DNA of 64,000 nt, taken from the NCBI GenBank assembly GCA_963711565.1, contig CAVQEQ010000003.1:480001-544000 (forward strand). Direction: 5' to 3'. The translations under genes were made by a program, and so were the position numbers. Source of the stretch: an uncultured delta proteobacterium (lineage in GTDB: Bacteria; Desulfobacterota; Binatia; Binatales; Binataceae). The notes beneath the pieces are model-generated. The model did not search any database, was not told the origin of the DNA, and worked only from the letters and a program-made list of their open reading frames with translations. Positions 28,732 through 37,446 of this stretch are shown piece after piece. Position 1 is the stretch's first letter. Each line of letters starts with the position of its first letter.

Positions 28732-29979
28732 CTATTTCATGTGGCCCACATTGAAAGCCGCCTCGAGCTCTTCGTAAAGCGGGATCAGCTCGCGCGCCAT
28801 GCGTGCTCGATCGAAGCGATCCTCCGCGGTCTTGCGCGCGGCGGCGCCGAGCTGCGCTCGCAGCGGCGCCGCGCATGCCAGTTGACGGATCGAAGCGGCC
28901 AGCGCCGCCGCGTCACCCGGCGCGATCGCGATTGCGTCCTGTCCGGATGTCACGATCTCCAGCGCGCCGCCCGCCGCCGCCACGATCACCGCCTTCCCGC
29001 ATGCCATTGCTTCCGCGATCACGCGCCCGAACGGCTCGGGATTGGTGCTGGCGTGGACGACGATATCGAGCGCGCGAATCGCCGCGGCCGGTTCGTCGAC
29101 GAAGCCAGTGAAGCCGACGTTGCCGTTGAGCGACAGTCCGTCCGCGATGCGCCGTAGTTGCACCAAGTCCGCCTGGCTGCCGCGCGTGCTGTACAGGCTG
29201 CCGCCGATAACGTATCCGCGCACCGAAAGATCGCGCGGGATCATCGCGAGCGCGCGGAGAAAAATCTCGTGCCCCTTCCACTGCGCCATCGTCGCGAGCA
29301 AACCGACTCGCACGACCACGCCCGTTGGCCGCGCCAGCGCGGCCAATGCGTCGAGGTCGGCTGACGCGCCCGCGGGATTGAACGTCTCGAGGTCGATGCC
29401 ATTGTGAATCGGCACGGTTCTGGCGATTTGAGGGCACGCCGTGCGCAGGTCCTCCGCGACGCTGCGCGAGTTGGTCACCGCCACGGCGCATCGCCGCGAA
29501 TGCATCGCGAGCAGCCGCGACATCGCCGGCCGCTGCCCCACGTAGTCGCGCACGTGCCAAATGATCGGCGCCGATTCGGGCGCGGCCCACGCGGCCAGGA
29601 TGTGCGTCTTGAAACCGTTGGAATGCACGACGTTGGGACGCTCCGCCGAAATCGCCGCGCGCAGCGCCGGCACATGCGACAGCGCCGCGATTCCCGCGCG
29701 GCCGAGTCCCGCGACAAACTTCGCTTTCGCTGTCCGCGTCGCGCCGCCCGATGAGTTCGTGATCGCCGAATCGCCGAACTGCGCCAGCCCCGACGGATAC
29801 TCGATCGCCCTGGCGGCGACTCCGATTTCGCGCGCGGCTTCGAGCAGCGGCCCGTCTTCGCCCGCTATCAGCGACAGTTCCCAATCCGGCCGGATCGCGC
29901 GCACCTCGATCATGACGTTGAGCAGGCTTCGCTCGCCGCCGCCCAACTGCGCTTTCGGATTGAGGTAGAGAATCTTCAC
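28732..29979 (-). CDS. Glycosyltransferase family 4
   Basis: GGGE, WKGH, PEPFGRVIAEAMACG. Confidence 0.93.
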   Translation of the reverse strand: MKILYLNPKAQLGGGERSLLNVMIEVRAIRPDWELSLIAGEDGPLLEAAREIGVAARAIEYPSGLAQFGDSAITNSSGGATRTAKAKFVAGLGRAGIAALSHVPALRAAISAERPNVVHSNGFKTHILAAWAAPESAPIIWHVRDYVGQRPAMSRLLAMHSRRCAVAVTNSRSVAEDLRTACPQIARTVPIHNGIDLETFNPAGASADLDALAALARPTGVVVRVGLLATMAQWKGHEIFLRALAMIPRDLSVRGYVIGGSLYSTRGSQADLVQLRRIADGLSLNGNVGFTGFVDEPAAAIRALDIVVHASTNPEPFGRVIAEAMACGKAVIVAAAGGALEIVTSGQDAIAIAPGDAAALAASIRQLACAAPLRAQLGAAARKTAEDRFDRARMARELIPLYEELEAAFNVGHMK

Positions 29980-30001
29980 GCGCTGAAGCGAACGTGTGCT
30001 G

Positions 30002-32875
30002 CTAGGGCGTCTGCGTCCCCGCCTGAGCGGAGCCGGCGTTATCGACCTTTTTGTGGAAGTCGTCGGCCCGAGCTTTGTAAGCCTGGTTGTCCGGCGCCAG
30101 TTGCGCCGCGCGCGTGTACGCCTTGTCGGCGCCCGCGTAGTCGTAGGCCTGTTCGTCGGCCTCGGCCAGTGAGTAGTATGCGAGCGCGGAATCCGGCCGC
30201 AACTGGATCGCCCTGGTCAGCATGATCACCGCCTGATTGAAGTCGTGATTCTGACCGTAGAGTTCGCCGAGCCGGATTGTCACTTCGAAAGAGTCCGGCC
30301 GATCGACAGCGATCTGCTTGATCGCCTCGATGGCCGCCGGCAGATCGCCCATCGTCTGCGCTGCTGCCGCAAGCAGAGTCTCCATCTCGTAGCTGTCGAT
30401 GCCGTTGTCGATCGCCTGCGCGACGGTGTGCTTGACGCCCGCGATGTCCTTCTGCGGCACGTACACGTTCATCGTCAGCGCGTAATACGCGCGCGTCTGG
30501 TCGGGCTCGATTGCGATCGCCTGTTCGAGGATGGACTGCGCGCGCTTGAAATCGGCTCCGCGCGCGGCCGCCGCCGCGGCGCTCACCAGGTACAGGTACT
30601 GCGCATGTGAATCGGGCGCGTGTTGCGCGGCGTCGGCGTAGAGCGACGCCTCATCGGAATATTTCCCGACGCCGTCATAAAATGTCGCCGCCGCCTCCAG
30701 CGCGCCGGGGACCTGCTCCGCCGTGGCGCGCCTGATTCCCCGCCCGATTGCATCGCGCTCATCGGGCGAGAGCCATCCTATGAGCCGATCTGACATATAA
30801 GGATGCGTCTGCGGCGCCGGCGAGTTGTACACCGAAAGCTCCATCTGCTTGAGCGCGTCGTCGCCGCGGCCGGCCCCTGCCAGTTCGCGCATGTAGGCGT
30901 CGCGCGTGTACGGATTCATCGGGTCGAGCGCGAGCGCGATCTGCATCTCGCGCATGCGTTCTTCCAGCGGCATTCGATCGCCGAGAAGGGCGGTCAGCGC
31001 CCCATGCGAAAACGTGTTGGCCGGATACAGCAGCAACATCGCCTTCGCCTGCGCGAGCGAACCCGGCGTTTGCAGGTTGTACGGATAAGCAATCGAGGGC
31101 TGCACGAACGTCGCCAGCAGCAGCCCGACCGCCGATATCGGTATCCAGATTCGCGCGAACGCACCGCGCGGTTTCTGAAATTCGCTGGGATCGTCCTCGA
31201 TAGTCCACGCCCACGAAACCCGGACCGCCAGCCCGAGTATCATCGCAAAGAAAAAAGCGATCGCCGGAATCTGCAGGTCGAAATCGAAAAACTCGATGAC
31301 GCACATCACAGCCAGCGCCGCCACCAGCGCCGCCTGTATCGGTACGATTCTTTCCGGCAGTTGCGCGAACCTGCGATAGATGAAGCTGCCCGCGCGCAGG
31401 AGGAACCACGCCGCCAACGCCAGCCCCACGATCCCGGTCTCCGCGATCAGTTGCAGGTAGTCGTTGTGCGCTTCCGAAAAATACAGGTCCGACCACGGCC
31501 GCGCACGGTATCGCGTGAACAGCTCGGGCCACGTCCGCAGTCCGGTCCCGACCGCGGGAAAATCCTCGACGATCCTGAGTCCGTTGGCCCACGCATTAAC
31601 CCGGTTCGGCAATCCGGCGTCGGCGTCAACGGAGTTCTGTACGCGCGCGGTCACCTGGCCCCTGCCGCTGGCCCCGATGAACATCATCGCGAGTATCAGC
31701 ATGCACACCGCTCCCGCCAGCGCGATTCGGCGCGACCGCGTCACGCGCTCGCTGTCCTCCCCTCTTCGCGAGGTGAGAATCATCACGAGCGCCAGGCCAA
31801 GCGCGAGACCGATCCAGCCCGCGCGCGACTGGCTCATCAGAATCGCGGCTATCATTACGAACAACGTCACGCCGCACGCGATTCGGTAGCCGTTCGACCA
31901 TCGCGCGGATACCAGCGGACTGCCGAAGAAGGTCCCTGAAAGTGCGAGCGGAAAGATCATCGCAAGGAAGCCGGCGAAATGATCGGGATCAACGAACGGG
32001 CCGCTGGCGCGCGGCGCGACGTCCAGCATCGGCGCGCCCCAATCGAGCGGCACGAAAAACCACAGAATTCTGCCGTTCCAGGTCGCTTGCTGTATCAATC
32101 CAAGCGCGGCGATTCCGAATCCCACCGCGAGCAGGACCGTCACCGATCCACCCACAAACCAATCGCGTTCGACCGTCGATGCGGGCGCGCCGATGGGGAG
32201 GAACGCGACCAGCACGAAGAGCGCCCCGCATGCGGCGAACAAAACCAGTCCCGACCACGACAGCACCGGCGCGATCGAGAGCGGGCGCCATCGCGTCGAG
32301 TAAATTATCGAAAGCCGCTCCGCGCTTCGATCTGAATAACCGCCTGCTGCCTGGTTGGTACTCGACGCGATTGCTGCGGCCTCCGCTTTCGGCGCGAACG
32401 GAATCGGCGCCCCTGCCTTTACCTCTGCAACCGTGGGCAGCAGGACGGTGGCTGCGCTGGCCGCCGCGGTCTCCGCGCTTGGCGGTTTGAGAGAACTTTC
32501 GAGCCCGGCGTACGGCCGCTGCGCGGGCCATCCGGGAAATACCTGCTCGTAAAGTTTGTAGGCCGATGGCGAGAGAACACGAATCGCTGCCGGCGGGATT
32601 GGCAGCAACTGCAGCATGGCAAACGCGAGAAACGCGACGATCGGAATCGCGAACGTTCGAATCTGCTGCCCTACTTCCGCCAGCTGCCCGTCGCGCGCCG
32701 CGCGCCCAATCGGCCACAGCAGCATCAGCGCGAACACCGACGCTTCCCCGATCTTGTACGCCCACGGATGTACCGCACCGAACGCCAGCGGCATGAACAC
32801 CGCCAGGAAGACGATGCCGGCCATCAGGATCGTCCTGCGCCTGCGGCTGGCGTGCACGCGACTCGAATGGTTCAC
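30002..32875 (-). CDS. O-antigen ligase family membrane protein with C-terminal TPR repeats
   Basis: RASGPFVDPDHFAG, SQSRAG, GTG and AHNDYLQ (Wzy_C/WaaL motif), followed by helical TPR-like repeats. Confidence 0.88.
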   Translation of the reverse strand: MNHSSRVHASRRRRTILMAGIVFLAVFMPLAFGAVHPWAYKIGEASVFALMLLWPIGRAARDGQLAEVGQQIRTFAIPIVAFLAFAMLQLLPIPPAAIRVLSPSAYKLYEQVFPGWPAQRPYAGLESSLKPPSAETAAASAATVLLPTVAEVKAGAPIPFAPKAEAAAIASSTNQAAGGYSDRSAERLSIIYSTRWRPLSIAPVLSWSGLVLFAACGALFVLVAFLPIGAPASTVERDWFVGGSVTVLLAVGFGIAALGLIQQATWNGRILWFFVPLDWGAPMLDVAPRASGPFVDPDHFAGFLAMIFPLALSGTFFGSPLVSARWSNGYRIACGVTLFVMIAAILMSQSRAGWIGLALGLALVMILTSRRGEDSERVTRSRRIALAGAVCMLILAMMFIGASGRGQVTARVQNSVDADAGLPNRVNAWANGLRIVEDFPAVGTGLRTWPELFTRYRARPWSDLYFSEAHNDYLQLIAETGIVGLALAAWFLLRAGSFIYRRFAQLPERIVPIQAALVAALAVMCVIEFFDFDLQIPAIAFFFAMILGLAVRVSWAWTIEDDPSEFQKPRGAFARIWIPISAVGLLLATFVQPSIAYPYNLQTPGSLAQAKAMLLLYPANTFSHGALTALLGDRMPLEERMREMQIALALDPMNPYTRDAYMRELAGAGRGDDALKQMELSVYNSPAPQTHPYMSDRLIGWLSPDERDAIGRGIRRATAEQVPGALEAAATFYDGVGKYSDEASLYADAAQHAPDSHAQYLYLVSAAAAAARGADFKRAQSILEQAIAIEPDQTRAYYALTMNVYVPQKDIAGVKHTVAQAIDNGIDSYEMETLLAAAAQTMGDLPAAIEAIKQIAVDRPDSFEVTIRLGELYGQNHDFNQAVIMLTRAIQLRPDSALAYYSLAEADEQAYDYAGADKAYTRAAQLAPDNQAYKARADDFHKKVDNAGSAQAGTQTP

Positions 32876-32953
32876 TGGATTTTCGCGCAGGATGAGGCTT
32901 TTCGCGCGGATGCTCGATCCAATCGAGCGGAGACAGCTGGCCGAATCTTGACG

Positions 32954-35326
32954 CTAGGCGTTGTCCGGATCGCCGGAATCCTTGAAGGGCATCTCGAAGT
33001 CCGGATCGGGTCGCGTGTAGTGATTGTAGTAATGCGAGTAGTGACCGTAGTTCGGATGCTTCAAGTCGATCTCGTTGAGCAGCACGCCAAAGATTTTTGC
33101 GCGCGCGTATTCGAGCTTCGCGGCTGCCATCTTCACGTGATGCTTCAACGTCTTGAGACTGTTTACGACCAGCACCACTCCATCGACCACCGTCGCCAGC
33201 AGCAGCGCGTCGCTCACCGGCATCACCGGCGGCGAATCGATGATCACCACATCATGCTGATGCGCAACCATGGCGAGCACCTGGCTCATCCGCTCCGACC
33301 CCAGCAGCTCGGTCGGATTCGGCGGCAGCGAGCCCGCGCTCATGAACGAAAGCCCATCGACGATGGTCGTTCTGATCACGTCCTGCACTTCACAGGTGCC
33401 GGTCAGCACTTCGGTCAGTCCCGAAGAGTTCTCCAGTGCCAGCACGCGATGACAGCGCGGCTTTCTGAGGTCGCCGTCAATCAGCAGTACGCGCGCGCCG
33501 GTCTGCGCGAACATCGCCGCCGTGTTGGTGGCGGATACGGTCTTGCCCTCGGAGCTGTGCGCGCTGGTGAACAGGATCGTCTTTGGCGGCGCGCCCGCCC
33601 GCGACAGCATCAGCGCGGTCCTGAAGCTGCGATACGCCTCGCCGACCAACGAATACGGATTTGCGACCCCGAGCAGTTCGCGCCCGTAGCCAATTTTCTT
33701 GATGCCGTTTTCCTCGGGCGGCAGCGCCGCGGCTTTCGCCTTCAGACGAAGATTGGCGAATGACGGAATCGCTCCAATGTTCGGAACCCGCAGGTAGCGC
33801 TCGACTTGTTCCGGCGTCTTGAGCGTGGTGTCCAGGTATTCCAGTCCAAACACCAGCCCAATCACAGCGACCAACGCCAGCGCGGAGTTGCGCAAGGTCA
33901 TGCTTAATTTTCTCGGGCTCGACGGCGCGCCCGGCGTTTCCGCCGGATCCACAATTATGATGTTGGAGGTCTGCGACTCCGCCGCCAGCCCGATGCCCTT
34001 CATGCGCTCGAGCACGCTCTCGTAGAGTTCACGGTTGGTATCGACTTCGCGCTGAAGAATTGCGTATTCGACCGCGGCGTCGTTGAGCCCGAGCGCCTGC
34101 TGCCGCTCCTTGTCCATCTCAGCCTGGAGCTTTTTTTCCTTGTCCGACGCGGCCTGGTAGGATCCTTGTATCCCCGCGATCACCCGCGAAATCTCCGCGT
34201 CAAGGCGCTCCTGAAGTTCCTGCCTCTTCGCTGCCAGCTGCAGCATCGGCGGATAGTCGGGCTTGAACTTTTTCCCCATGCTGGCGTAGTCGGCATCGAC
34301 CGAATTCAAGTCCGTTTGCACGGCTTGGACTCCGGTATCGCCCATCACCACCGGCATCGAATCGTACTTGCGGCTGTTGATCAGCTGCATCTGCGCCTCG
34401 AGACCGATCCGCTCGACCTGCGCGGTCGTCAGGTCCTTGCCCAGTTCCGTGACGCGATCGAGAACGACCGTCTCCTTGCCGTCAAGCGACATCAGGCCCG
34501 GGATTATTCCCTTCGCGCGGCGGTAGTCGTTGAGCGCGACCTCGGATTTCTCCAGGCTGTCCTTGAGCTCGCCCAGCCGCTCCTTCAGAAAATTCTCCGC
34601 TTCCTCGTTGGACTGGCTGCGCAGCTCGATTCCCAGCCTGATGTATCCGTGCGCGTGCGCGTTGGCGAGTTTGGCGGCGAGCGCCCGATCGGACGAAACG
34701 TATTCGATCGCAACCAATTCGGTATCGACGATCGGCGAGATTCGCAGACCGCCCAGGTACGCACTGATCAGCCCCGGCGGCACTCCATTACGCACCGTCT
34801 GGTCGGCAGGTTGCGGCGGCGCCTTGCGTCCATTGGTGTGATTGAGCCATTGACTGACCGACGACAGCGCCGACGAAATCAGCCCCGGTTGCGGCGGCGG
34901 TCCGACGAAGGCCGGGTTGTGTTCCAGATTCTCCGCTCGAATTACGTACGCGGCCAGGCTTCTGCTCTTCAGGATTTCGTACTGCGTCTTCTGGAAGTTG
35001 TCGTACATGTCGCTGTCTTCCATGACGTCCTGATCCTGCGACGCATCCTTGCCGTCCATGATCTGCGGACTGCCCGGCTTCAGCAGTATCGTCGCCTGCG
35101 CGGTGTAGAGCGGCGTCTGCATGTACGCGTAAATCACGGTCAGAACCATCGCCGCGAAGACCACCCCGATAACCAGCGCCAGCCGCTTCCTGACTACGTG
35201 CCAGTAGCCGAGTAGGTCTATCCGGCCTTCTTCCTCGTCGAAGTTCCCCGGGCCGAAGGGGGCCCCGCGCAAAGGCTCCTCGAGATGGCCGGTGCGGCGA
35301 ATAAAGTATGGTGATGGTTGCGTCAT
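32954..35326 (-). CDS. wzc: Polysaccharide co-polymerase / BY-kinase (Wzc/GumC family)
   Basis: Wzz-like N-terminus and coiled coil; EAYRSFRT, SEGKT, IDGDLRKP, IDSPP; Tyr cluster NYGHYSHYYNHY. Confidence 0.93.
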   Translation of the reverse strand: MTQPSPYFIRRTGHLEEPLRGAPFGPGNFDEEEGRIDLLGYWHVVRKRLALVIGVVFAAMVLTVIYAYMQTPLYTAQATILLKPGSPQIMDGKDASQDQDVMEDSDMYDNFQKTQYEILKSRSLAAYVIRAENLEHNPAFVGPPPQPGLISSALSSVSQWLNHTNGRKAPPQPADQTVRNGVPPGLISAYLGGLRISPIVDTELVAIEYVSSDRALAAKLANAHAHGYIRLGIELRSQSNEEAENFLKERLGELKDSLEKSEVALNDYRRAKGIIPGLMSLDGKETVVLDRVTELGKDLTTAQVERIGLEAQMQLINSRKYDSMPVVMGDTGVQAVQTDLNSVDADYASMGKKFKPDYPPMLQLAAKRQELQERLDAEISRVIAGIQGSYQAASDKEKKLQAEMDKERQQALGLNDAAVEYAILQREVDTNRELYESVLERMKGIGLAAESQTSNIIIVDPAETPGAPSSPRKLSMTLRNSALALVAVIGLVFGLEYLDTTLKTPEQVERYLRVPNIGAIPSFANLRLKAKAAALPPEENGIKKIGYGRELLGVANPYSLVGEAYRSFRTALMLSRAGAPPKTILFTSAHSSEGKTVSATNTAAMFAQTGARVLLIDGDLRKPRCHRVLALENSSGLTEVLTGTCEVQDVIRTTIVDGLSFMSAGSLPPNPTELLGSERMSQVLAMVAHQHDVVIIDSPPVMPVSDALLLATVVDGVVLVVNSLKTLKHHVKMAAAKLEYARAKIFGVLLNEIDLKHPNYGHYSHYYNHYTRPDPDFEMPFKDSGDPDNA

Positions 35327-35338
35327 ATCAGTCGCGCA

Positions 35339-36619
35339 CTAAAACGTCGGCAGCGGAATCGCCATGCGGGTCAGCACATTGTACACCACGTACGGACCAA
35401 TCTTCGCGTACGAATATGGAACGTCGATTACGTCGTTCGCGCGAACGGGTATATCGGGTGCGGCCCCGCTCGCGATCTTGTCGAGGTCGATCGGTATCGC
35501 AACCTTGTTGCCGTTGCCGTCACTGCGCATCAGCGTCGCGCTCGAGGGATCGGCTGCGTACATCGCGCCGCCGGCCGAGCCGACCGCACCCAGCGCCGTC
35601 AGTCCCGAACCCACCTGAAAGTAGCCCGGCCGGTAAACCCATCCGGTTACCATTACATTGCCGCCGCCGGGAACCACGATGATATCGCCAGGTTCAACCG
35701 GCATGTTCATGTAATGCGCGCTGCCGGTCATCGCGGTCGCCTTCAATGGAATCACGACCGAGGGCCCGTTGCTGACGCTGTTCTGAAGCTCCTCCAGAGT
35801 TGGCGCATCATGTGGCGGCGGCACGGTCAGCACGTTGGCGGGAGGGCCGGCATGCGGGTCCCCGTTGTCCGCGACGCTCACTGGCCGGCCTGCTTGCTGG
35901 CCTGGCGACGACATCGACTGCGCGACGCGCTGGAGTTTGAGCCCCTCGTTGCTGACCTGCGGCATGATTACGACTTCGTCGGCAGCTTCGGGAGTCGTAC
36001 CGCCCGCCTGCGTCAGCACGTCGATAATCGATTCGCCCGCTCCGCTCAGCGTAATCAGTCCCGGCGCTCGAACGGCGCCGACCACGGCGACCTCGCGGCT
36101 TTTGTATTCCTTGACGAACAAATCGACCTGCGGATCGTACATGTATTTGTCGAGCGACTTCGTCAGCTGGTCGCGCAGATCGGATTCCGAGAGTCCCGCT
36201 GCGTGAACCGTGCCGATCAGTGGCAGGTCGATGTTGCCTTCGGTGCCTACTCTCACGATGCGTTCCTTGAAGTCGTCCACTCCGGGCACCGAGATTTGAA
36301 GCACGTCGCCGGTGCCAATCGGATAGTCAGTCGAGGAGGCTTGCGATCGCTCGGCCCACAACGCCTGCAAGCGCTCGAGATTCTTCGGCGAGCTTGCGAC
36401 GCTCGGAACGCGATCTTCCGCCGATGCGAAGGCGCCGTCAGACGCGGGCGCCGATGCAGGCGCAGCGGATGCCGCGGTTGCCGGTACAGGTGCAGGCGCT
36501 ACCGCGGTGGCCGGTGCCGCGGCGGCCTGAGGAGGCGGCGCGCTCGCGCAACCGATCAACGTCGCACCCGCGATCGCGGCGATTACACATAGTGACCAAC
36601 GAGTCGCGTGCCTGCTCAT
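35339..36619 (-). CDS. wza: Polysaccharide export lipoprotein (Wza/OPX, SLBB domains)
   Basis: Lipobox LIGC; YPIGTGDVLQISV...GNIDLPLIG Poly_export motif; two SLBB repeats. Confidence 0.9.
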   Translation of the reverse strand: MSRHATRWSLCVIAAIAGATLIGCASAPPPQAAAAPATAVAPAPVPATAASAAPASAPASDGAFASAEDRVPSVASSPKNLERLQALWAERSQASSTDYPIGTGDVLQISVPGVDDFKERIVRVGTEGNIDLPLIGTVHAAGLSESDLRDQLTKSLDKYMYDPQVDLFVKEYKSREVAVVGAVRAPGLITLSGAGESIIDVLTQAGGTTPEAADEVVIMPQVSNEGLKLQRVAQSMSSPGQQAGRPVSVADNGDPHAGPPANVLTVPPPHDAPTLEELQNSVSNGPSVVIPLKATAMTGSAHYMNMPVEPGDIIVVPGGGNVMVTGWVYRPGYFQVGSGLTALGAVGSAGGAMYAADPSSATLMRSDGNGNKVAIPIDLDKIASGAAPDIPVRANDVIDVPYSYAKIGPYVVYNVLTRMAIPLPTF

Positions 36620-37047
36620 TTCGATTTAGAGCCCTTGGCATCCATTGGCGCGGCTCCCGCCTTTGCAATCGCCAACGGCGGCGCCGTTTTGGACAGCCCC
36701 CAATTCACCGTCAGCCCTTCCTCGGGCACATACGACATCACCGACTGGCCCTTCAACGCGAGCTTGTAAACTCCCGGCTTGAGACCGCGTATCTCGTATG
36801 ATCCTTCAGCATCGGAAACGCCTGACCCTGCCGGCTTGCCCGATGAATCGACCACCGAAACTTGAACGCCGGTTGCAGGTTCGCCGGTGTCATTGGCAAC
36901 ATGGCCGACGAGGTCGGCGCTCGATGCGCCCGTCGTCATTAGTAGCGCGAACGTTCCAGTTACCGCCAGCGTCGCGAGCACCTTGCTCCGGGCACGCGTC
37001 CGCCCTCCCGTCACCTGGGCGTTATCGTAAAGGCCTCTAGAACTCAT
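36616..37047 (-). CDS. Small exported protein with carboxypeptidase-regulatory-like domain
   Basis: Hydrophobic segment followed by SDAEGSYEIRGLKPGVYKL; stop overlaps the wza start. Start uncertain (37047 or 37125). Confidence 0.75.
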   Translation of the reverse strand: MSSRGLYDNAQVTGGRTRARSKVLATLAVTGTFALLMTTGASSADLVGHVANDTGEPATGVQVSVVDSSGKPAGSGVSDAEGSYEIRGLKPGVYKLALKGQSVMSYVPEEGLTVNWGLSKTAPPLAIAKAGAAPMDAKGSKSK

Positions 37048-37306
37048 GTTGCCAAGCGGTTCGCTACGCCGAAAATGAAAGGGCTTCAGCGTCGCGCTAC
37101 CTTCTGATCGTTCAAGGAGTCGCATGCCACGATCTCGTCCAGACTCGCCGACTGATCGCGCATCGCCTTCGCCGGTGATTTTCTAAGAGAAATAATTTGA
37201 AGACAACGTCAATCAGCCCCATCGACCCCAACCCCACAACTGCTATTGACCCTCCCCGAATCGCGGAAGGATAAAATCAGCGTCCAATCCGCTTCGATTG
37301 GGCAAA

Positions 37307-37315
37307 ATTATACCA
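37307..37315 (-). promoter_or_regulatory. Extended -10 promoter element for the polysaccharide operon
   Basis: Minus strand reads TGGTATAAT (TGn-TATAAT) in an AT-rich intergenic region upstream of the operon. Confidence 0.55.
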
Positions 37316-37446
37316 GTTCGAATCGATATCGGAATGGTATCAACTTCACTGACGTTAAAGCAAGTGAAGAGTTCCTATGTAAAGAGGAAATATAGTACGA
37401 CGCGAAAACGCTCGCATCGGGCTCTTGGCGCGCCCTCGATTCGATC

